Below are positions 57,832 to 64,000 of a DNA stretch of 64,000 bases, one piece after another. The first letter of the stretch is position 1; every line of letters starts with the position of its first letter. The position numbers and the translations under genes are program-made. The notes beneath the pieces were generated by a model, which was given only the letters and a program-made list of their open reading frames with translations, searched no databases and was not told the DNA's origin. Source of the stretch: a bacterium (GTDB lineage: Bacteria; Planctomycetota; UBA8108; UBA1146); contig JAPOLY010000003.1 in the NCBI GenBank assembly GCA_029976805.1, positions 10,223 through 74,222 on the forward strand, written 5' to 3'.

Positions 57832-59169
57832 ATGATTTTCCGAGTGCTCTTTTCGTTCATTCTCGCGTCAGTGATCACTGGATCCGTCCACGGTCAGTAT
57901 TCTCTGGACGTCACGGATATTGTTTCCGCTGCCGGAAGCAACACTCAGGTTTCCGTGAATATCGATAATGCCGCACCCGTACTTGGGTTTTCCTTCGGAG
58001 TCACCCACGACGGATCTGTCTTGACACCCCTGGGGATTGATCAGGGCGCCATCACTTCGCAGCTCAATGGTGGTATCGGTGCTGAATACTTTTTTGAAGA
58101 TCTTGCCCCGGCCAATGGTCCCGGAGTGATCCTCGCTTGCATCACCACTTTCGGTGGATCTCTGGATTCCATTCCAGTCGGTACCGGTCAGGAAGTGGCA
58201 GTGCTCAACTATTCCGTGAGTGCTACAGCCAACCCCGGAACGAGTACTCCGTTGACTCCGGTAACCACGCTGGGCAACCCATCGACCAACATCGTCTTCA
58301 CCGTCGGTGGAGTCAGCGTCTTCCCCACCACTACAGGTGGAAATGTCAACATCGCTGTGCCCGCTCCATCCACTCCGGTGGTCAGCAATGCTGATGTCTG
58401 CACCTGTAACGCCATGATTTCATGGAGCAACAGTGCCAACTATGACAGCATTGAAATCAGAGTCGCTGGAGCACTGGTTCAGACCCTGAGCGGGACGGCG
58501 ACCACAGCGATGGTGACACTCCCTCTCTCCAGTGATTCCATCTGTGTCAGGGGTGTGGCTAATGGCACTGCCTCTGCGGATGCCTGTGTTGTCGACAGCT
58601 GCCCTGTCTTCACCCCACCCGCTCCGATTACTAGCCTGGTCTGTGAGTTGACCTCGAACGTTCCGGGAACCGGTTGCGAATACCTGTTGAACTGGACAGG
58701 CCCTGGCCCCTACTCTGCGATCAATGTCTCTATTGACGGAGTGCTCGTGGCCACACTCGCAGGCAATGCCACCAGCAGCAGTGGTTCTCTGCCCTTCTCC
58801 CCCGCTGGAGCAAACTTCACTGTCGAAGCGGTCGATATCTGCGGTGGCTCGGTCAACACACTCACCTGCTCCCTCCTTTGTGAGGAGGGACCGACCTTTG
58901 TGCGTGGAGACTGTAACAGCGACGGAAACAACAACATCGCGGACGTTGTCGCCGCACTCAGTTTCCTCTTCGGTGGAGCGGGCACTCCTCTCTGTGGTGA
59001 CGCCTGTGACCTGAATGATGATGGATCCTTTGACATCAGTGACCCGGTCTTCCTCCTGAGCAACCTGTTCAGCAACGGAAACAATCCCCCAGCTCCCTAC
59101 CCGAACTGTGGTATTGACCCCACTGACACCGATGCCATCGATTGTGCCAACTTCCCTGCCTGCCCCTGA
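57832..59169 (+). CDS. Secreted Thr/Ser-rich protein with C-terminal tandem dockerin-like (Ca-binding) repeats
   Basis: Signal peptide MIFRVLFSFILASVITGSVHG. The C-terminal repeats are DCNSDGNNNIADVVAALSFLFGG and CDLNDDGSFDISDPVFLLSNLF. Strong GGAG SD. Confidence 0.7.
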   Translation: MIFRVLFSFILASVITGSVHGQYSLDVTDIVSAAGSNTQVSVNIDNAAPVLGFSFGVTHDGSVLTPLGIDQGAITSQLNGGIGAEYFFEDLAPANGPGVILACITTFGGSLDSIPVGTGQEVAVLNYSVSATANPGTSTPLTPVTTLGNPSTNIVFTVGGVSVFPTTTGGNVNIAVPAPSTPVVSNADVCTCNAMISWSNSANYDSIEIRVAGALVQTLSGTATTAMVTLPLSSDSICVRGVANGTASADACVVDSCPVFTPPAPITSLVCELTSNVPGTGCEYLLNWTGPGPYSAINVSIDGVLVATLAGNATSSSGSLPFSPAGANFTVEAVDICGGSVNTLTCSLLCEEGPTFVRGDCNSDGNNNIADVVAALSFLFGGAGTPLCGDACDLNDDGSFDISDPVFLLSNLFSNGNNPPAPYPNCGIDPTDTDAIDCANFPACP

Positions 59170-59198
59170 ATTGGCCGATTTGGGAATACTTGGTAAAG

Positions 59199-59236
59199 AA
59201 CCCGTGGATCCACCGGATCCACGGGTTCTTTTTTTA
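59199..59236 (+). terminator. Rho-independent terminator after the dockerin-protein gene
   Basis: AACCCGTGGATCC-accg-GATCCACGGGTT followed by CTTTTTTT. Confidence 0.8.
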
Positions 59237-59286
59237 GTTGGTGAGGTTCCCTTTACACTTGAGGGCACAATCTGGAAACTTGAGTC

Positions 59287-60765
59287 ATGACACATGCACC
59301 ACAACCCCTCAGGCAGACGAAGATCGTCGCCACTCTGGGCCCCGCCTCCTCCGATCCGGAGATCCTCGCGAGAATGATGGAATCGGGACTCGACGTCATC
59401 AGAATCAACGCCTCCCATGGAGCCCACGACCGTGATCGACAAACGATGACACTGGTTCGTGAAGTCTCTCAAAAAGTGGGCAAACCGGTGGGGATTCTCT
59501 ACGATCTTCAGGGTCCCAAAATCAGAGTCTCTGATTTTTCAGGTGACCCGATTCCTGTCGAGTCCGGGGCGGAGGTCGCCTTTGCGGTCAATCGTGAACC
59601 CGAGGCGGGTGAGATTGGCAGTGACTATGATCTTCTCGATCAGGACCTCATGGTTGGAGAACCGATCCTCATCGATGACGGTAACATCGCCCTTGAGACG
59701 ATTCGGGTCGAATCAGGATTGGTCATCGCCAGGGCTCTTAACTCTGGGCTGATTCATCCTCGCAAGGGAATCAACCTCCCCGAGACCAAAGTTTCCGCTC
59801 CTGCGATCACTGACAAGGATCAAGAAGACGTTCTTTTCGCAGTCAAAGAAAAAGTCGACTTTCTGGCACTCTCATTTGTTCGAAAACAACAGGACGTCCA
59901 AAAACTTCATGACATTCTCAATGGTGAGGGAGTACAGATCCCCATCATTTCGAAAATCGAAAAACCGGCTGCGGTGACCAATCTCCATGAGATTTTGCAG
60001 AAGTCCTGGGGAACGATGGTCGCACGTGGCGATTTGGGTGTGGAGATTCCTCCTCAACAGGTCCCTCTCTTCCAGAAGCAGATCATCTCTGAAGGTTTGC
60101 GTATGGGTAAACCCACCATCACTGCGACACAGATGCTCGACAGCATGACTTACAATCCTCGACCAACCCGGGCAGAAGCCAGTGATGTCGCCAATGCTGT
60201 CCTCGACGGTACTGACGCCGTCATGCTGTCTTCAGAAACAGCCATTGGTCAATATCCTGTGGAGTCCGTACAGATGATGGCAGACGTGATCTCTTATACG
60301 GAAAACAACTCTGGAAGAATGACCCAGCGGAGACGTCGGGAGCGGTCGGTCGACTCGACACCTGAAGCAGTCACCGACGCAGGCTGCCAGCTGGCCCATC
60401 ACGTCAATGCCCATGCTCTGGTGGCCTTCACCCAGTCAGGTTCCACGGCACTATTGGCTTCAAGAAGAAGGCCGGAACGCCCGATCATGGCGTTCACCAC
60501 CCATCCAGAGGTGCGAAACAGACTGAGCCTCGTTTGGGGAGTCAGACCCTATAAAATCCGCCCGGCGACCTCCACCGATGAATTGATCGAGATCCTCGAC
60601 AGGACTCTACAAGAAGACGGGCTGGCAGTCTCCGGCGACAAGCTGGTTCTGCTTATGGGCGCACCTACTCACAAAATGGGTAGAACCAACCTGATGCTCG
60701 TATACAGGGTTGGATCATGGCCGGGACTGGAAACCGGTTACTCCCCTGAAGATGAGGATGAGTGA
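59287..60765 (+). CDS. pyk: Pyruvate kinase
   Basis: KIVATLGPAS, the K+/Mg2+ site motifs and a C-terminal allosteric domain. Confidence 0.9.
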   Translation: MTHAPQPLRQTKIVATLGPASSDPEILARMMESGLDVIRINASHGAHDRDRQTMTLVREVSQKVGKPVGILYDLQGPKIRVSDFSGDPIPVESGAEVAFAVNREPEAGEIGSDYDLLDQDLMVGEPILIDDGNIALETIRVESGLVIARALNSGLIHPRKGINLPETKVSAPAITDKDQEDVLFAVKEKVDFLALSFVRKQQDVQKLHDILNGEGVQIPIISKIEKPAAVTNLHEILQKSWGTMVARGDLGVEIPPQQVPLFQKQIISEGLRMGKPTITATQMLDSMTYNPRPTRAEASDVANAVLDGTDAVMLSSETAIGQYPVESVQMMADVISYTENNSGRMTQRRRRERSVDSTPEAVTDAGCQLAHHVNAHALVAFTQSGSTALLASRRRPERPIMAFTTHPEVRNRLSLVWGVRPYKIRPATSTDELIEILDRTLQEDGLAVSGDKLVLLMGAPTHKMGRTNLMLVYRVGSWPGLETGYSPEDEDE

Positions 60766-61571
60766 TCAGACGACCACAGGGTGCGAAAGTCCTCCAGCGT
60801 CGCGGGTGCATGACCCGCGTAGTGGTTGTTGAAAAAACCGAAAACGTCTCCTCCGCTGGCCCTGAATGATTTCATGATTTCTATCCAGGGTTGCAGTCGT
60901 TCTCTGGGATCCAACACTTGCTGATCCCAGGTCTGGGTCAGTGCTTCCGTTTCCTTTCGGTCACCCAGAAACCGGAAATATCCATTCTGCCTTCGAGGCA
61001 GACCCAGTCTCTCGACCCATTCCTGCGCCGGAGGCATCCAACCCTGATCGACCCATGCGAGAGTCGCTCCACAGCCTTCTACCACCTCGACCAGATTTGG
61101 ATGAATCCAGTTCGGATTTCGAACTTCCACCACCAATGAAACCTCATGAGTAAAGTGAGGCAAAAACTGTTCAAGACGCTTCAGAAAGGGCGCCGGTCCC
61201 GCGAACGCCTTTCGGTTGAAATAGGGAAACTGCAAGAGCAAGGGGCCCAGCTTCTCCCCCAACCACTGCATGGTTTCGATGAAGATCTCCATCGATTCCC
61301 TCGCCTCGACCAGAACTCTCTCATGGGTGATCTCTCGGGGAACCTTGGCTGTGAAGAGGAATTGATCCGGAGTTCGTGTGCGCCAATTCCTGACCGTCGA
61401 ATCCCGGGGGGTGGCGTAGTAGGTCGAATCAATTTCTACTGTGTCATACCGCAGTGAGTAATGTTTGAGGAAATCGGCAGGGACAGTTTCTTCGGGATAG
61501 AAGGACCCGACCCAACTTTTCTCGGACCAGGAGGAGGTTCCGATTCGAACCCCGGAATCTCCTTCAAACAT
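60738..61571 (-). CDS. DUF72 (YecE-like) family protein
   Basis: The N-terminus VRIGTSSWS is typical of DUF72. ATG 61571 has a GGAGG SD 6 nt upstream. Its 3' end overlaps the convergent pyk by 28 nt. Confidence 0.68.
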   Translation of the reverse strand: MFEGDSGVRIGTSSWSEKSWVGSFYPEETVPADFLKHYSLRYDTVEIDSTYYATPRDSTVRNWRTRTPDQFLFTAKVPREITHERVLVEARESMEIFIETMQWLGEKLGPLLLQFPYFNRKAFAGPAPFLKRLEQFLPHFTHEVSLVVEVRNPNWIHPNLVEVVEGCGATLAWVDQGWMPPAQEWVERLGLPRRQNGYFRFLGDRKETEALTQTWDQQVLDPRERLQPWIEIMKSFRASGGDVFGFFNNHYAGHAPATLEDFRTLWSSDHSSSSSGE

Positions 61572-61636
61572 TGAACCCCTCCTACAAACCCTCATTGCGA
61601 TCAGTCCATGGCTCTCCCGAAGAAAGGGATCTCCCG

Positions 61637-62029
61637 ATGGATCAAGATTCGTTGCAGAAAAAAATGCATGCACTGGAACAAATGCGACGGGTGGAAACCC
61701 GAATCACCGAGGGCTCAATCCCCCTGATTCGCCACATCATTCATGAACTTGAAAACGAATTCCACTCGCCCGTCGAAGATTCGGATCAACTCATTCTGCA
61801 CCGGGGTGAACTCTGGTGGCAGGACCTGGACCCGATGTTCAGTTCGGAAGACCCTCGCTGCTTCCCGGTAGTCAGGGATTTTCTTGCTCGAAGAGCGATT
61901 CAGATTCCCCAGGCGCACTTCCGGAACCGTTCGACCTTTGAAGGAAGATCCTGGGAGGACCTGATCAAACCAATACGGGAGCAGGTTCAAAAACGAATGC
62001 AACTTCGCCAAATCGCCGGCACTCCGTGA
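61637..62029 (+). CDS. Hypothetical protein
   Basis: ORF only; no recognised domain. Start assigned at ATG 61637. Confidence 0.3.
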   Translation: MDQDSLQKKMHALEQMRRVETRITEGSIPLIRHIIHELENEFHSPVEDSDQLILHRGELWWQDLDPMFSSEDPRCFPVVRDFLARRAIQIPQAHFRNRSTFEGRSWEDLIKPIREQVQKRMQLRQIAGTP

Positions 62030-62077
62030 GTGCCAACGGAGCCATGAAGAAGAATCCAGACAGGCTATCGCCCGTCA

Positions 62078-63943
62078 TTATCCCTCAAATGCGACGATTT
62101 CTCCGGCAAGAGCACTCGCAGCCACAGTCAGGGGACTGGCGAGATACATTTGACCTGGGCCGGATCGCCCCGGGAAGTTTCGGTTAATGGCACTGACACT
62201 GACCTGATCCGGAGATCGGCTGATTCCCGGCCCTGCATTGATGCAGGCCCCACAAGAGGGCTCGATCACCTGTGCACCGGCCTTTTCGAAGATTTCCAGA
62301 TATCCCTGCTCACGGCAGTACTCCTTGACCTCCTGTGAGCCGAACTGAATCCAGAACTCTACTCCCTCGGGTACACGCTCTCCACGCTCGAGGCCCGCCT
62401 TGAGAACAAGGGCGTACATATCCATGTCCTCTTTTTTACCTGCAGTACAGGAACCACCGTAGGCGATGTCGATGCGCACAGTTTCATCCAGTTTGGAGAT
62501 CTCAAGTCCATTTCCTGGATCTCCTGGAAGTGCAACCAGAGGCTCAAGGGATGCGGCGTCGATTACAATCTCGTGACAATAAACAGCGTCCTCATCGCTT
62601 TCGAGTCCTTGGCAAAGCTCGCGTGCACGCCCTTCATCCATCCCGCGTTCAGCGACCAGGAATTCGACGGTCTTCTCATCAGGACATACGATTCCACTGA
62701 AAGCTCCCACTTCGGCAGCCATGTTGGTCATCGTTGCCCGCTCATCGATGGAAAGATCGCGCACGGCTTCACCACAGTACTCAACCATTTTTCCAATCGC
62801 ATGTCCTTCGGTAACATAGGGTGTCCGCAGGATCGCCAGCATCATGTCCTTGGCAGTCACGCCATCCGGACGCTTGCCACGCACTTCAACTCTTACCGAC
62901 TCTGGAACCAGCGAGTAAACATCACGGGTAATCCACGAATTGAAAATGGCTGTGGTACCGACACCAAATGCCACACAGCCCACCGCTCCCGAATGGGGAG
63001 TGTGAGAGTCACTGCCGATGATCAGGTGACCAGGCTCGGCATAATCCTGCAAGATTTTGGAGTGACAGATCGCCTCTGATCCACCGTGCTCTGTTTCTCC
63101 ATGAAGAGTCAGGTCGTAAGTGTCTGCGAAGTTTTGCTGCTTGATCTTCAACTGCTCAGCAGTATTCAAAAGGCCCATCTTCTTCCGCTCGGGAGTCATT
63201 GCCTGCTCAAGGAAGGTCAAATGATCACGGAACAAAATGATGGAACCCGGATCGTTGAGGGGCTCGCCCTTGCCCACCTTCTCCTCGAAGAAGGTAGCAG
63301 CCATCGGAGTCACGTACTCATGGCTGAATCGCAGGTCTGTCGCAAAGAAACCGGCATCGCCGACCACAGCACTTTCTCCACCCACTTCGTATGTGGATGA
63401 GTCGATGACCCGGTGACGGGCAAAGATCTTCTGGGTAATCGTTTGAGGCTCGGCTGCAACCTTGGGTCCAGGAAGATCAACCTTGCCCTGGATTCGCGCC
63501 AGATTGAATTCGAAGAGTCCACCCCACTCGATGATTTGGGTGGTGACGGGATCCTTGCCACAGGTAAAGGCCTCCAACGAAACCGTTTCTCCAGCGATCA
63601 TGCGCTCGAGTACTGACATGTCCGTACAGGTCAACAATCCGAGATTATGACAATTCTGCTGGTAGATTCGTTCGATGTTTTCAGCGAAGACCAGATGGAT
63701 TCCGGCGCAAAGTTCTGCGTAGGGAGAAGCCTCTCGGCTGGATCCCTTTCCTCTGCGTTTTCCACTGACGCTGGCAGCAAAGCCACCCTCTTTAACAGAG
63801 TTCCTTGTGAAAGGGAATTCTCCTGAAGCGGAGTATCCGACATAGGGGAATTCACCCAGCGTTTCGTCGTGGTAGTAGCAGACGTAAGCAGGGGTCATTT
63901 CATCTGTTGAAATGTTGTCCCGGTATGCGAGTCCATGATTCAA
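62078..63943 (-). CDS. Aconitase-family hydro-lyase with swivel (LeuD-like) domain N-terminal to the catalytic (LeuC-like) domain
   Basis: The N-terminal YRDNISTDEMTPA resembles the LeuD GDNIDTDQIIP motif. The C-terminal half has GSDSHT, CGACINAG and SAINRNFPGRSG, which are aconitase cluster-ligand motifs. Confidence 0.75.
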   Translation of the reverse strand: MNHGLAYRDNISTDEMTPAYVCYYHDETLGEFPYVGYSASGEFPFTRNSVKEGGFAASVSGKRRGKGSSREASPYAELCAGIHLVFAENIERIYQQNCHNLGLLTCTDMSVLERMIAGETVSLEAFTCGKDPVTTQIIEWGGLFEFNLARIQGKVDLPGPKVAAEPQTITQKIFARHRVIDSSTYEVGGESAVVGDAGFFATDLRFSHEYVTPMAATFFEEKVGKGEPLNDPGSIILFRDHLTFLEQAMTPERKKMGLLNTAEQLKIKQQNFADTYDLTLHGETEHGGSEAICHSKILQDYAEPGHLIIGSDSHTPHSGAVGCVAFGVGTTAIFNSWITRDVYSLVPESVRVEVRGKRPDGVTAKDMMLAILRTPYVTEGHAIGKMVEYCGEAVRDLSIDERATMTNMAAEVGAFSGIVCPDEKTVEFLVAERGMDEGRARELCQGLESDEDAVYCHEIVIDAASLEPLVALPGDPGNGLEISKLDETVRIDIAYGGSCTAGKKEDMDMYALVLKAGLERGERVPEGVEFWIQFGSQEVKEYCREQGYLEIFEKAGAQVIEPSCGACINAGPGISRSPDQVSVSAINRNFPGRSGPGQMYLASPLTVAASALAGEIVAFEG

Positions 63944-64000
63944 GGGCAGATCCTGCCCCTGCAGCTGCTTTTGGATCGCCTCGGAGTCATCAACGAGGTA

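Noticed and set aside
1-64000. CRISPR arrays, IS/transposases, integrases, prophage genes, rRNA/tRNA
   Set aside because: Reading both strands, I found no direct-repeat/spacer arrays, no DDE/tyrosine-recombinase-like ORFs and no tRNA cloverleaf candidates. The only tandem repeat is the 17-mer at 44895-44941.

Overview
This 64-kb window is gene-dense, high-GC (roughly 57-60%) bacterial chromosomal DNA, and the gene content suggests a Planctomycetota-like organism, though that assignment is inference. The indicators are many FHA/Ser-Thr-kinase and dockerin-like secreted proteins, PilT paralogs, a GldG/DUF4340 ABC system, inositol-1-phosphate synthase and sigma-54. I call about 56 protein-coding genes. 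Most are housekeeping:
- dnaE (3' part), yggS, yggU, a purine nucleoside phosphorylase, clpP, purN, tyrS, rpsA, cmk, plsC, glnA with a PII-like gene, gpsA-plsY, rpoN, lnt, rpsU, mrp/apbC, hisS, tdh-kbl, pyk, erpA.
- A long minus-strand LPS-core/lipid-A cluster: GT9 heptosyltransferase, pilT, pilT/pilU-like, hldE, an unknown gene, lpxK, plus divergently a second heptosyltransferase, DUF374 and lpxL.

Many consecutive genes overlap by ATGA/GTGA, consistent with translationally coupled operons. I found no rRNA, tRNA, CRISPR array, transposase, integrase or phage gene.

The least explained parts are:
1. An AT-rich ~430-nt ORF-free island (35170-35603) ending in a strong minus-strand intrinsic terminator, which may be an sRNA.
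2. A standalone ~72-aa MshEN-like (c-di-GMP-receptor-type) mini-protein, plus a PilT paralog with an MshEN-like N-terminus, embedded in the LPS-core operon.
3. A PII-like protein upstream of glnA with a truncated T-loop lacking the uridylylation Tyr.
4. A LarE-like PP-loop ATPase overlapping the glnA 3' end.
5. A Zn-type E1-like (ThiF/MoeB) enzyme with an unexplained C-terminal domain and no beta-grasp partner.
6. A five-gene ABC/GldG/DUF4340/unknown operon directly downstream of rpoN.
7. A DraG-like ADP-ribosylglycohydrolase coupled to a degenerate FGGY-like kinase.

None of these can be called a new system from sequence alone. They are ranked candidates, with checks listed. Many gene starts use GTG/TTG and are approximate.
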